DNA of 64,000 bases from Utricularia gibba (taxonomy: Eukaryota; Plantae; Magnoliophyta): the NCBI GenBank assembly GCA_002189035.1, contig NEEC01000014.1:2852001-2916000 (forward strand). Reading direction: 5' to 3'. The notes beneath the pieces were generated by a model. The model was not told the DNA's origin and did not search any database. It saw only the letters and a list, made by a program, of their open reading frames with translations. How positions within the stretch are numbered: the stretch's first letter is position 1; every line of letters starts with the position of its first letter. Made by a program: the position numbers and the translations under genes. Positions 1-12,361 of this stretch are shown one piece after another.

Positions 1-479
1 AATTACATGTTATTTTCAGGTACTGATAACCTCCCTAAGCGATTTTTGAAAAAAAAAAAAAACTTCTAAAAAAATTACATATAATATTCAAATACTCATA
101 ATCTTCATAAGTAAATCAGAAATAATGTGTGTAAAATATTAATCATTAATTTTCAAGCATTGTTGATGTAGATAAGATGTGCTTCAAATTTCTTTTATTT
201 TCTCCATAGTGTGTTTTTTTGGCTTATGTGGAATCTCTTTGCATGAATATTTCTTGAGTAACTACAAAATTATACTTTTTAGATCAAGATTAATTTTTTA
301 TGGGTAGAAGATACAACCATTATTATTGTTATATTTTTTACAAGGCAAGCTATATCTTTTTCCCCTCTTTTTAAAAAATGGTTTTGAAGAAGCCTAGTGT
401 AAAGTTTTTTAAAGTGTTTGTTATTGGTACATTCCTAAAAATTTAAGGACCAAGCTCAAGAAAAGAATTTTGTTGATAT

Positions 480-2800
480 TATGATTGGTTTCTGACGATG
501 TAGTGAAGTGTTTTAAAATTTATAATTCTCTCACTCAATAGTTTTCGTTCAGAAGATCTCTCAAATTTGATGAAAATGGTGTCAAGTCTCATCCCCATTT
601 TGATAATAATGTTTTTTGAGTCATCTCAATCTAATTGGTGTTTCAATGTTGCATCCAATTCGGAAGTGTCTACCCATCCTAACTTTGATAATGAATTAGA
701 TTTTAATCCATATGATGAGACCCATGTTCTTGGATATAGACACTTTTACTATATTGTTGAAAATTGAAATATTTCTGTGAAACCGAATTTAGCATATCAA
801 GTTTTTATCTTTACTTCCTTGGAAATCAGTGGTGGAAGAGGAGCTAAAATCATTGAATAACATTATCAGATTAAAATGGTTTTTTTCGATATATAAACAA
901 CTATAAGGCAAGATTAGCTGTTGAAGATGGATTATGATGAAGTTAGGCATAGATTGATTATCTTGATACCATTCGTATGAATCGCTTGCTATGTCTGCCA
1001 TTTGCAGTTGGATTGTTCATCAATTTGATGTCAAGTCTGCCTTTTTCAATAATGTAGGGATACTCATTTGTTACTCATCCACTAGGTTATAAGAAGTCCA
1101 ATCACTCTTCAAAACTGAGCTTATTAAAAAAGTCATCTTTGTATAGTAGCCTAAAGCAAGCTTCTAAACTCTATTTTTTAATGTTAAAGAAATATATGAT
1201 TTCTCATGTCTTTAAAAAGGATACTGTTGTGGGCGAAAATCGGTGTGCCGGTTTGGGCCGATTTTCGTGTTGTTGGTGATGTCGTTTTCCTTGTTTACCG
1301 TTTGTTGGTTTGATCGGATGCTATGGAGATAGATGAGGATTTTTTATGTGGAAACCACCGCAAGGCAGAAAAACCACAGAGCTATCGGAGCTCGCTGGAG
1401 AAAAATGTTTACTAGGTGAAGGTGATCAAGAAGAAGTACAGATTGGGAGCCTTTTTTTTTCTCTTTTTGCTATGATTCCCACTATTTATACGGAGGGGGC
1501 CGACCCGACTGAATCATGGACTTCGCAGATGTCGGCTGCCTTTCTGCACTTGTGTTATGATCCTGCTTTTCAGACAATCATCGCTTATCCTGTCATAACT
1601 CGGTTATTCTTCAAACTGGTCCATGCTGTTCTTGTCAGAACCCTTGACAGGGATCGATCTACTGTCAGGCATTATCTCATAGGAAATCTCGCCTGGCAGC
1701 CTTTTTGATAAACCGATTTCCCAAACCGGTTTATATCCCATCAGATACCTTTTATATTCTTGTTTTTGTAGCTTTGATAAGTATAAATTGCAATTTTTTA
1801 TATATTTTATTATCTCACTTTTGATTCCAATGTAGAATTATTTGTTTTAATACTCGCTCTTAATTCGAACTATTCTTCGATCCAATTAAGATTTTTTTTT
1901 TCTGATTATTCAGGGTATATATTGATTTAATTTTTGTCGTACAAGTCAAATGCATCTTCTTATTTTTTTTTTTGTTAATCATACCTTAGACCAATACAAA
2001 CTCATCTTGGCCATTCAAATCATGCTGCAATGCAAATGCGCTAATGATTAGGTTCAACCAATTACTAATGATTTGTAATTCCTTAATATTTGACTATTTT
2101 AATTCATGAACAAACTTAGAAAGCTAATTTATTCCCTTGGGATTGAAGTGTCACAATTTGTAGGAGAGATGTTCGCTTACGAAGAATGAGGATGCTCTTG
2201 CTATTGATCATTCTCTATATAGGTCTTCGATTGGAGGGTTGATGTTTTGTTTACAATTAGGGTTCACATTGCATATTTTACATCTCTGTTGTCACATTAT
2301 ATGCATTGTCCAACATCCATCGGTTTATTTTTCTGGTGGAACACAACTATTAAGGTACCTCAAAAAAAAAACACTGGATTTTGGAATAATGTACAACACA
2401 TGAGAACTTAACTTTATTGGGTTTTTTATTCTAATTCTGTTAGTTTGATGGATGATATGAAAAATACTTCTGGTTATTGTTTTAGTCTTGAAAATGGTAT
2501 GCTTTGTTGGTCTTCCAAGCAACAATCAACTGTTAAACTTGAAAAAAGCAAGTAATAAGATATTTGATTAAAAAAAATTTGAAGATACCCTGCTCCCACT
2601 CAAACAAAATTTTGTGTGCCTTCAAATAAATAATTGACGTGATAAAGAACCTATTGTTCCATGGATGGACTAAGCATATCTAGATTAGGGTACCATTCTT
2701 TATGTGAAGCTCAGTTGGGCTTGTTTTCTTTTCCAATTGATGAACAAGATATGGCACTTAACCAAGTCCTTGTCGGTTCCTTTGGGAGTTGTTGTATGTA
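480..2800 (+). mobile_element. Decayed Ty1/copia pol remnant (RT and RNase H), interrupted by a solo LTR
   Basis: LDTIR...VHQFDVKSAF (RT) at ~960-1050; RNase H-like SSKQQSTV near 2510-2535 and HI.IRYH-like segment near 2675-2700; many stops and frameshifts; left boundary approximate. Confidence 0.65.
1225..1743 (-). mobile_element. Solo LTR (Gypsy, probably Tat-like), 519 bp
   Basis: TGTTG...CATCA termini; perfect 5-bp TSD GATAC at 1220-1224 and 1744-1748; TATAAATA on minus strand; related copy at 14270-14795. ORF 1346-1708 lies inside and is not a host gene. Confidence 0.85.
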
Positions 2801-3420
2801 TGATGGATAATGTAGTTGTTGTTTAATTTTAATGCCCCTATTTACTTCATTTGGATAAAGATTAGAGAAGTTTAGAAACTGTATTACGTGTTGGTTGACT
2901 TATAAGACTTCTCTATTTGAAAAAGTTTTATAATATGTTGTTTTTTTTAATTCTTTTGTAGGAATTGTTTTTTGATTAGTAGTTTGTTTTGTAGGAATAG
3001 ATATATAAATCTATCATATATTTCATACAAATATTTCAAATATTATTTATTTTTAAATAAGTTAACTATCAGCCAAGGGTGCTTAGGAGCTGTGTTGGTA
3101 GTTAAAAATGTTTTAAGTAAAAGAGGGTTTTAATATAAATAAATGTATGATAAGTATTCACATTTATTGTAAAACCTCGTTAAATACTTCTCTTGTGTGT
3201 GTTTTGTCGAATTTGTTTGTTACCTTTAACAACGCAAAGTCACCGCCTGGATTTATGTGAAGGATAATTCATGTTCCTAGTGTTTTGAAGTTGAGTTGTA
3301 TGACCCCAAAAATATAACTAAAATCACCGAAAACAAATGGGTCGAAATTAATGCGGGCCGCGGAACACGCAGTTGGGCCCATGGAATAGCTACTGGGCTT
3401 AACCTCCACGCCATTTCGAA

Positions 3421-3471
3421 TTTGAACTGTCCTCCATTATTTTTGCAACGGTCAAAAATAGGCTAACGGTC
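3421..3471 (+). promoter_or_regulatory. G2/M-type promoter: two MSA cores plus a TTTGAA (CHR-like) motif
   Basis: GCAACGGTCA and CTAACGGTCG (AACGG at 3447-3451 and 3465-3469), TTTGAA at 3421-3426, TGGGCC/TGGGCT site-II motifs at ~3375-3400, all just upstream of the kinesin ATG. Confidence 0.6.
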
Positions 3472-3560
3472 GGATACTTTCCCCCTCCCAACTGCCTCTT
3501 CAGTGTTATAGCGCATGCCTCTCTCTGTCTTCTTTATTCGAAAGTTCAAGTCATAGATCA

Positions 3561-5953
3561 ATGCCTCCCAGCGCAGAGAGTTTTGCAATGAAGCCAATTG
3601 ATGTCGACAGCTTTTCGACTCCGGGTCGGAATCTACGCACACCACATGCTTCAGGTGCCAAGGTCAGAGTTGTGGTGAGGCCCCGGCCGTTTCTCCCCGA
3701 GGAAATTAATGTAACAAACCAGAAACCATTCTCCTGTGTCTCGTTACAAGAATCCGGGGATCCGGTCGAGGAAGCCACTGTTTGTCTCCATGATCAAGAT
3801 ACCAGGTTCCCATTCAACTGTAGTTACTCTTGAAATGCTTTCTCTGAAGAGAGGGCTATTTTTCTTGCTGATGCAGACGCAGTGAATCTTTCAAATTGGA
3901 TGGTTTTTTCGGCAACGGAGACAACGATGTGACCAGAATCTTCGATAAAGAGTTGAGGCCATTGATTCTTGGAATATTTCAAGGTCGCAATGCTACTGTC
4001 TTTGCTTATGGCGCCACTGGCAGTGGGAAGACCTACACTATGCAGGTATGCATAATGTGCTTCTGCAGTCGAGTCACCCAAGTCTGTGAGCTTGACATCT
4101 AAATTGAAGATGAATCCGTGTTGTTCTTGGTTGTCTTGTGTTAAATAAAAACAGGGGAATGAAAAGCAACCCGGATTGATGCCGCTTGCCTTTTCTGTCA
4201 TCTCGTCGATCTGTAAGAGTACGAAAAGCAGCACTGCAATATCTTACTATGAGATCTATCTGGATAGATGCTATGATCTGTTGGAGCCAAAGGAAAAAGA
4301 AATCGCTGTCTTGAGTGGCAAAGATGGGCAGATTCATCTCAAGGGACTGTCACAAATCGAAGTGGACTCAATGGAGCAGTTCCATGAGACCATTTCTTCC
4401 GCTTTTTGCAGAAGAAAAGTAGCCAATACGTGCTTAAATGATCACTCAAGCAGAAGCCATGGTGTTCTTGTCATCACTGTTTCTTCACAATCCCAAGATG
4501 GCTCCAACAAGACCATGGTTGGGAAGCTTAACCTGATTGATTTAGCAGGTTCTCAGTACTGATTTTCTTGTTTCCAGCGTCAGCTCTTGTTCATCTAAAA
4601 CTCGAATGCTGTTTCAACCTTTCAGGTAACGAAGACAACAGAAAAACTAACAATGAAGGCATTCGTCTTCAAGAAAGTGGAAAGATAAACCAGTCTCTAC
4701 TCACACTTTCAAATGTAATCTACGCTCTTAATAACAGACAGCCAAGGATACCTTACAGAGAGAGCAAATTGACCCGAATATTACAAGACTCCCTCGGAGG
4801 CACTAGCTCTGCACTTATGATCGCTTGTCTGGTAAGCTCAAATTATGTTCTTTTGCGGGATTTGTCGTCGATTCATGTTCATTTTTGGTTTCAGAATCCT
4901 GGGAGGTACCAAGAATGCGTCTATACACTAAGCTTAGCATCCAGGTCACGGTGTGTCACTAATATTATCTTGGACTCGGCAAGCAAAAACTCCAATGTGA
5001 AAGTGGACATGGAGGCAAAGCTTGTTGCATGGTTGGAATCAAAAGGGAAACTGAGAGCTGCTCAAAGAAGTGTGAACAAGTCGCATGAAATAAAGTCTGC
5101 TAGAGAAAAAGACTTGCTAAATTCGAAACACAACAGGGTACTTGAAGCCAAGAGAAACCTCTTTAAGGGAGCAGATTTCTTAGGATCCATCCCAAAGGTG
5201 AACTCCTTTTCCTGGAAGAAAATGCTTTTTTCTACCATTTTCTAACCTTTCATCGTTGGACTGTTAGCAGGATGTATCGAAGACCGACGCTGTTAGTATG
5301 GAAAATGAAGAAGAAGCAATTACTCCCCAGAGAAGGCCCCTAAATCCCATCGACTCCAATGCTGACAAGTTCAGCATCGAACCGAAGATAAACTTGGAAG
5401 GCTGCAGCGATGGAGAGCTCAGCTACCCTTATGCCGGCACCCCATTAGATAAGTTTACATCGACCAGCTGTAAACTGAAGGTTTGTATTGCTCCCGGTTT
5501 CGGTTTCGGTTTCCAATATTGACGAGATTTATCCTTAATCGAGTTTGGATTCGACTTGTGGTTTAACAGAGCACGCTCATGGAGTGCTACCTTGAGTTCC
5601 TTAACACGGCGAACAAGGAGGAGCTCATGGAAATGAATGGAATTGGTCACAAAATAGCGGAGTACATCATCGAGCTCAGGGAACGAACCCCACTCAAATC
5701 CGTAAGTCAACTCTACAGGAAGAATTTGTAACCTGTTTTGCCCAGTTTGTGAATTCACGCTGCCCTTTTTCCATTGCAGCTGCATGATATTGAGAAGGCT
5801 GGCCTTTCTTCAAAGCAGGTGAAAACAAAGACGGTAGATCATTTACCTCTGTTCTCATGAACTACTGTGACTGAAAGAACTACTCCTCCACTGCAGGTGC
5901 AGAACTTGTTCAGCAAAGCTGCTAGAGGACAACTAGAGAAGGTCGGGTTCTAG
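3561..5953 (+). CDS. Kinesin-10 family (KIF22/Kid-like) motor with C-terminal helix-hairpin-helix, ~575-584 aa, 9 exons
   Basis: Exons 3561(or 3588)-3805, 3877-4045, 4155-4548, 4626-4831, 4895-5197, 5271-5480, 5570-5701, 5780-5818, 5897-5953; all GT-AG with consistent phases. Motifs [10 protein letters not shown]-loop GATGSGKT, switch I SSRSH, switch [29 protein letters not shown], Hh[29 protein letters not shown]. Confidence 0.93.
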
Positions 5954-6252
5954 AGACGACGCAATTCTGCATTTCTAGGTAGGATTGAGGATGTAATTTA
6001 GCGATTAGGGATTTCAGGAGTGCGCCAGAGGGGCGGTGTATGTGATTGTGATCTGGATTACGGCAATCGTACGAAACAGTAGTATTCATCACACCAACAC
6101 ACGGGGGGTTACATTAAGAACCGACACAGAGGAGATATGGGAAAGCCACCCATACCAGACGCATCTTATTGTAGTACTTAGTTGTTCATACTAGAAACAG
6201 GGGGGGATATGATGATAGAATCCATGGCTAGGGGTAAGTCAGCGCCGGTTGC

Positions 6253-6666
6253 TCATTTGCAGCTGCAAGGGTTGCAGGTGCAGTTGTCTCCGCACTTGCA
6301 TCCGTTTTCGCCGGAAGACACAGCAGACTCATCAGCGTACCTGCAAAGATAACGAACGTCACCAGAAATTAAATAAAAACGGGAGGAAGAAGAACAGCGC
6401 GATCGGTGATAACGTACGTCATCTTAGGAGCAGCGCCAAAGATGACGGTGGTGGAGGAGGCGCCGGAGAATTCGTTCAAATCTCCGTACATCTTGCATCT
6501 ATGAGAGATGAAAACTTTAGCATGATCCATCCATATCAAAAGTAGGAGGAACACACAAGACATGGAGGAGGAGGAGGAGGAGGAGGAAGAGCTGAGCTTA
6601 CCCTCCGCAGCCGTTTCCGCACTGGCAGTTAGAGCCGCATCCGCAGTTTCCCTGGCAGCAAGACAT
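6253..6666 (-). CDS. MT2: Type 2 metallothionein, 77 aa, 3 exons (missed by the ORF track)
   Basis: Exons 6666-6602, 6498-6418, 6340-6253 with GT-AG introns give [77 protein letters not shown], the plant MT2 cysteine pattern. Confidence 0.95.
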
Positions 6667-6721
6667 CCTGATCGATCTTTATCCGAAACAAGGCGTGCCT
6701 GGTGGCGTGTAAGACTCCATC

Positions 6722-6782
6722 ATTGGCCTCCTTTTTATAGGGGAGGGGAAGGGTGATCAGTGAACCTCCACCGTCCACGTGG
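6722..6782 (-). promoter_or_regulatory. MT2 core promoter: TATA box, CCAAT and G-box
   Basis: Minus-strand CTATAAAAAGG at ~6729-6740, CCAAT at 6722-6726, palindromic CCACGTGG at 6775-6782. Confidence 0.6.
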
Positions 6783-8289
6783 CAACGCATGGTCCGGTGG
6801 GGTCGTCTTCCGTTGCCTCCACTCACGCACGGCTCTTGGAAATTCGAATTCGCTGGATAAAAATGGCTTTTGAGTTACTTGTTCAAGGGATTAAGAGAGT
6901 ATTATTCGTTGAATAAATAAAGTCAATGGAAGGGGAGACGTGTGAGTTTTGTTTATTTAACCCCAACACCAAATATTAATAAAAGGTCAACATCTGCTTT
7001 GCATTACAATATTCTCAAGATAATGTATTTTATTAGCAATTGTGCCCAGGAGCATCAACGATATTTTGATTCTTGTGGAAGCCTCTAGAAGAGAGAAGAA
7101 GGTAGATGGGCATGGTTGTTATGCCTCAGGATTTAGATGTGGGATTACGATGGAATGAAATGAAGATGATTCCAATTTCAATTAGTGAGTGATTTGGAGG
7201 TCAAATACCCTAATGAATGCGACCTCCCTGGGCTCGCTCATCATTGCTCCGCTCCCTACTTTCTTGAATTCACGTAAATGGTGCGTATAGAGTAAAAGAG
7301 GATTTGCATTTATAACAATGGTTTAAAAAGGAGCAAAACATATTTAGTATATGAAAATATGTATTATGTCTTCAGGATTAATTGAATGGATGACTTGTTC
7401 TACTTGTCATTTTTTCTTCCCCCCATTCTTCTCAAACCTTACATCACTAGGGTGTGTTTGATATCAGATTTTCCGGCAATAATCCTTGTACTGCAAAATA
7501 TCCTTTGTTGTCCATATTAAGGCATTTATACTCTAAACAGCCCATTGAAGGCTTTGCTTGATGCAACCAAATAAACGTGTCAAAATGCTTGGTTGGGAAT
7601 GGATTCAACATCAAGTCCCTTTATGATTGAGGATATTTTGGTGCATGAATCAACAATGAGTGAGAAGGATGTATTAGGTATTCACGGTAATGTCTAGACG
7701 CATTTGATACACGACTTGTAATGTAGCGAGTGAAGAACTATTTGAGAAATGCAATTGGAACAAGTTTAATGAGGCGATTGTGATTGTGAATGGCTGCTGC
7801 CTGCTCCAATCATACAATACAAAGATTGACGCATCTCACCCTACTTGTGGATTTCTGTTTTGTATGCACAACTTGGAAAAGATGTGATTGATGGACTGCT
7901 CCGATTTAGGTAGGCCTGCGTTGGTGCGTCGCTTTGTATTCAGGTTGATGTGAAGCCATTCCATTTGGTTTAAATATATATCACGGGCGATGTAAATCTG
8001 TGACATCATTTTTTATTTTACGTTTAATTAATATATTCATATTCACTTTTTATTATTTTATATAAAAAAACAAAGAATTAATCGTGTGGATTGAATTAAA
8101 TTAACTTTTTTTTTAAAAAAACAAATTCACACCAGCATCCGAATGGTGATTGTGGTGTAGACATATTATTATATAATTAAATAATAAAACATTTCAATAT
8201 AAAATTGAATTATGCTATAGATGCTATAGATGTGCTAACTTAATTATGATTTCAATATTTAGCAATCTTTTTTAATTTAAGATGATCTA

Positions 8290-9990
8290 GCCCGCCCTAT
8301 TGGAATCCTTTCTAGGGTTATTCAACTTTAGAAATTTTCCAAAATTTAACAATTCGAACTTAGGGCCTGGACGTTCGAATTGTTACTCCATTCATGATAG
8401 GCATCAACACCTTGTGCCACGAGAGGTCTTGGGCATCACTCCTCTGTGTGTGCTCCGGGATGCAAAAGTTACCGGGAGATTCATAAACTTTTAAAAGCCA
8501 ATGGTAAAAGAGAGTTCTTAAACAAGTTCAAACAAACGAAAGTGTGCATGCAAGAAGCTATGGGTCAACTTGAACGTAGGAAAGAATCTTACCATCCAAA
8601 TGAACGCAAGCGCATAACACATGCAAGGACTTAAATTTACTATGGGGTGATGCCTTTCGGTCCTTGCGGATATTCTTTGACTTTCCCACGACTCAGTCGT
8701 GTTGCTGTTTGGAGGGACCGTAGTTATGAGATCCATTCCAACCGTCCTTTGGACTCCTTAATGGTACCTTCACATCTCCCTCAACCCCGACCCCAACTCT
8801 TGGGGCTCCATCAGGCAGCATTCATCATAGCCCCATTGGGAGCCTTCCATCGTAGCCTCGTCGAGCTCCCGCACTTCTTATGGACCTCCATTCCTTTCTC
8901 ATGCTTAATTTAGTGAGTCGCTCACCTTAACTTGCTCGTGCGCTCGCCACCAAAGTCACCCTGCTGGCGCTTTTCTTCTCTCTTTCTCCTTTTATTTCAC
9001 CCTTACCTTACTTCTCCACATCTTCAATAGCCACCTCATAAAAGTTACAACTCCACGTATTAATTGCTCTTACAACTTCCATCTTTATTCCATACACTCC
9101 AATGTGTGCATCTCTTCATACAGATACACCCAACCATGTCCTTTTGCATGCTAACATTTGTCATGGTCTCGCGTGGGGGTCTTCGGGTTATGTGGGTTGG
9201 ATACCGTATCCTGCTTGATACTAGCATCTCACATTGTGCATCCTGTGGCACGCTATGAGCCCTACCCAAGCATGCGGTAACCAAGCAACCCCTGACCTTC
9301 ATCATCTCAATCTCCCAACAACTACAAGGACTTGCTCTTAAAATGTTTTTTAGTGCTAGATGGTTCTCTTTGATTGCCCATCCACTTGAGGGTGGATCAT
9401 CATGCTCATCACCAACTTACTCTGCAATGTTCTAGAGCCACCTTTGCTAAATACTATCTAGTGAGCTGATTCACTCTTTTTGTTATGGATGGATAGGAAA
9501 CGTATGTTCTTCATAAGTCAATCTACTACTACCCATTTCGCATCCTTTCCTGCCTTGGTGCGGCGCAGTCCTATTTTGAAATCCATAGCCACATTCTACA
9601 GTTCCTGCTCTAAAATTTTTCAAGGGTTGTCGGATTCCACCCAATCATAGGTGCTTTGCCTTGACCCACTTACTTGGTTTTTCATACTCGGCTATGCTCC
9701 TCTTCATGCCAGGCCATCAAAAACTCCTCACAACATGATACATCTCTCTTAACCTGGGTGTGTACTATGCTCTAATTCGTGCACTTCTCGTAAGAACACA
9801 TGCCATAATACATGTTTGCGATTAAGCCATTTGTGCTCAACTTATTCAATTTGTGACCACATCCATATGCCCCGACAGATTGTTTACCATGATATCGTAG
9901 TGTTTGATGGCTCAAATCATCTTCGATGCTCGAGGTTCATCTTCCACTCCGTGAATATGTACTTCAAACTTTGGTGATCGGCTTAGAAGT
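8290..9990 (-). mobile_element. Decayed Ty3/gypsy integrase remnant, possibly chromovirus
   Basis: Minus strand reads WPGMKRSIAEY (~9690-9720) and MDFKIGLRRTKAGKDAKWVVVD*LMK (~9510-9590), matching gypsy integrase W.GMK.DI / MDF..GLPRT..G.D.IWV.VDRLTK; heavily frameshifted; boundaries approximate. Confidence 0.65.
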
Positions 9991-11838
9991 TAAATACATA
10001 TTATTTTTAAGGTGTACCCACTTGGTGAATACATTAGGGCTTGATGAATTATTTTTAAGATGGTTATAAATTAAAAATTATTTATTAAATAAATTCATAC
10101 AAATACTAACTAAAAGAAAAATATATAACAGTTTCAAAGTTAATCATAAAGAGGTTATGCTCATAAAATGCTAAAAACATGCGATTCTAATTTTTAATTT
10201 AATATTTTTTAGCCAATGTAAATAATATCATAACCGAAAAATACAAGATGACGGAAACGTAATAAGCATTAACGTAAAATCTTAACCAAATCGAGATACT
10301 GTTATCCTGAAAATTTAAAAAATGCTAACTTAACTATGATTACAATACCTAAGAATTGCAATTTAAGATAATCTAGATATACTCGAATCCTTTTCATGAT
10401 TATTCGACTTGAATTTTTTCATTTGGTTTGTGGTTTTACGTGGATTTAGATGGGTTTATTTCTAAACTCACGTATGATTATGGTTTATGAACTGTAAGCG
10501 AGTAAAAATATGTACCTGTCTAATGTCTATATGCCAGGCAAAAACCCACATGGGTTTAAATAATTTGAGGGGGGAATGGATTGGTATATTTACCCAGACA
10601 CTCCATTTTGGATTTACCCAATTCAGATGCTCGATTGGACCATTTGGTGAGGATACAAGTTGTGTAGATAAAAGAGAAGGAATATCTTCTTTTCCAATGG
10701 GTGCATAATTCTTTTTGTAGAAAGGAAAGACCACATGCAGAGACCAAAGAATGAATCAAGTATCTCCTTTTATGAGCAAAAAGGGGGGCTACAAAAATAT
10801 AGAGCAGCGTATTCTTATTCCGCCCACGAGTTTAGTACTTGTTCTATCTTCTATAGGTATTTTCTTATATGAATGCCTTTTGAATCCTTGAAGAATACGC
10901 GAAATAGCTTATGGGATTTTTATGCAAAAGATTGAGGAAAAGAAAGAATGAAGATTATTGTTGTGTTTTTTGTTTTAATTTTTTGGCTTCTAGGTTTTGC
11001 ACGTATTGATGGAGAAACAAATGGGTGTTCACAGAAAATGAAGGATATTGTCAAACCTAACATATAAAATTTTTAGCAAGCACCTTCTCAATTACATCAA
11101 CGAAACTGTTGTCAATGCATCATGAGGAAATCCTTCATTTTCAAAAAAATAAATCCATCTTTTTTCAATCCACATATTAAATATCTTATAGCTTAAAGTT
11201 CAAATAAATTGCATTTATGTATCAAATACCAATAAACTTTCAAAGACTTAAAATACATTTAAATAAACTCAAATAAAGTAAATTTGGATTAGAATAATTT
11301 ACACGAACCAAAGGCTCAAAAGAAGTAAAGATAAGTCATTAGTTCTAATTTGGAATCGTTAGAGTGGAACATAATTCGGGTGACATCTTTTTACTTGAAA
11401 AATCACCTCTTCTCTCTCTACTTCCTCACATTCTTATACGTTATCTTTGGATGTTGTCGTTAATAATGTTTTTTTCGCCTTCTTCATCATTAAATATATT
11501 TTTCATTATATGTTGTGTCATTTGTTTGTATAACATATTGGTGGTTCATCCCTTTTTTTTTTTTTTTTTTTCCTTTAGCATTCATACATTCAATTCATAT
11601 TTTCTTTTGCAATATGTCCCATGTTTTATACAATATTAATTTTTGCATATAAAATTATATTGCTTTGATAAAAAATCATGGTACAATGCATGCTACTCAA
11701 ACCCTAAATTTACATCACAGTTGAAATAGTAGACTTAGTCTAGATTAAGACACAAAATTGATTACGAATAGTCCTAATTTGTTTGGAACGAAAGCTGCGA
11801 GCACCGCCGGCGGTGGCGCCCCAACGTTCCGAGTGGTC

Positions 11839-12024
11839 TCAGCTCCCAGAGATTTGCATTTCGCGTTTTTCGTGTCCATCCCCAGGATTGACTCCTTGAC
11901 TTCATTTAGGAGCTTCCGCATTTGTTACCCCGAGTGCGTCGGAGGACGAAGGTTGACCACGTGAGGGGAAAAAATAAAAGTTGAGGAGATGGATGCAAAG
12001 GCAAAGGGAAGCGGCGAATCACAT
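11839..12024 (-). pseudogene. Candidate decayed secreted-peptide gene (PIP/PIPL- or CEP-like)
   Basis: One frame reads M*FAASLCLCIHLLNFYFFPSRGQPSSSDALGVTNAEAPK*SQGVNPGDGHEKREMQISGS*: hydrophobic N-terminus plus a G..PG.GH motif, broken by two TGA codons. Confidence 0.25.
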
Positions 12025-12288
12025 TCCTCTTCCTCCTTGTTGAATCGTCTTTATGCCCGCCCAGTGCTTTAAACATTCTGCAACTAGAACTAGCGCATGG
12101 CATGGAGGAAATGGGAGTGCTTTTTGTACCGTGCCACCACTTCCATAAATAATCATGATGATACGGTCGAATACATTCTTCACATCTCTTACCTTTGCCG
12201 TCCGTCCGTATTCATTGATTTCAAGTCAAAGGATAGTAATTTGGACACGAAATCATCACAAAAAGAGGGGGACTTTGGAAAACAGAAT

Positions 12289-12361
12289 CGCCCACCGTGG
12301 GGCTCGAACCCACGACCACAAGGTTAAGAGCCTTGCGCTCTACCGACTGAGCTAGACGGGC
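12289..12361 (-). tRNA. trnK-CUU: tRNA-Lys(CUU)
   Basis: GCCCGTCTAGCTCAGTCGGTAGAGCGCAAGGCTCTTAACCTTGTGGTCGTGGGTTCGAGCCCCACGGTGGGCG, 73 nt, intact A and B boxes, CTT anticodon, upstream CAA motif, downstream TTTT terminator. Confidence 0.98.

Noticed and set aside
4540-4650. Switch II reads DLAGNEDNR rather than DLAGSER
   Set aside because: As I recall, this variant is normal for this plant kinesin-10 subgroup, so it is not a lesion
6249-6826. ORF-track peptides including the poly-Glu ORF 6562-6756
   Set aside because: Alternative frames over the spliced MT2 gene and a (CTC)n microsatellite in its first intron
7030-7960. Possible miRNA hairpin or gene remnant upstream of MT2
   Set aside because: Only short self-complementarity (GGAGGTC/GACCTCC), no known miRNA and no recognisable protein motif; the 7450-7543 Tourist-like termini are too weak to call
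10690-11060. Possible plastid or mitochondrial insertion
   Set aside because: Organelle-like in style, but I could not match any organellar gene or intron; needs BLASTn
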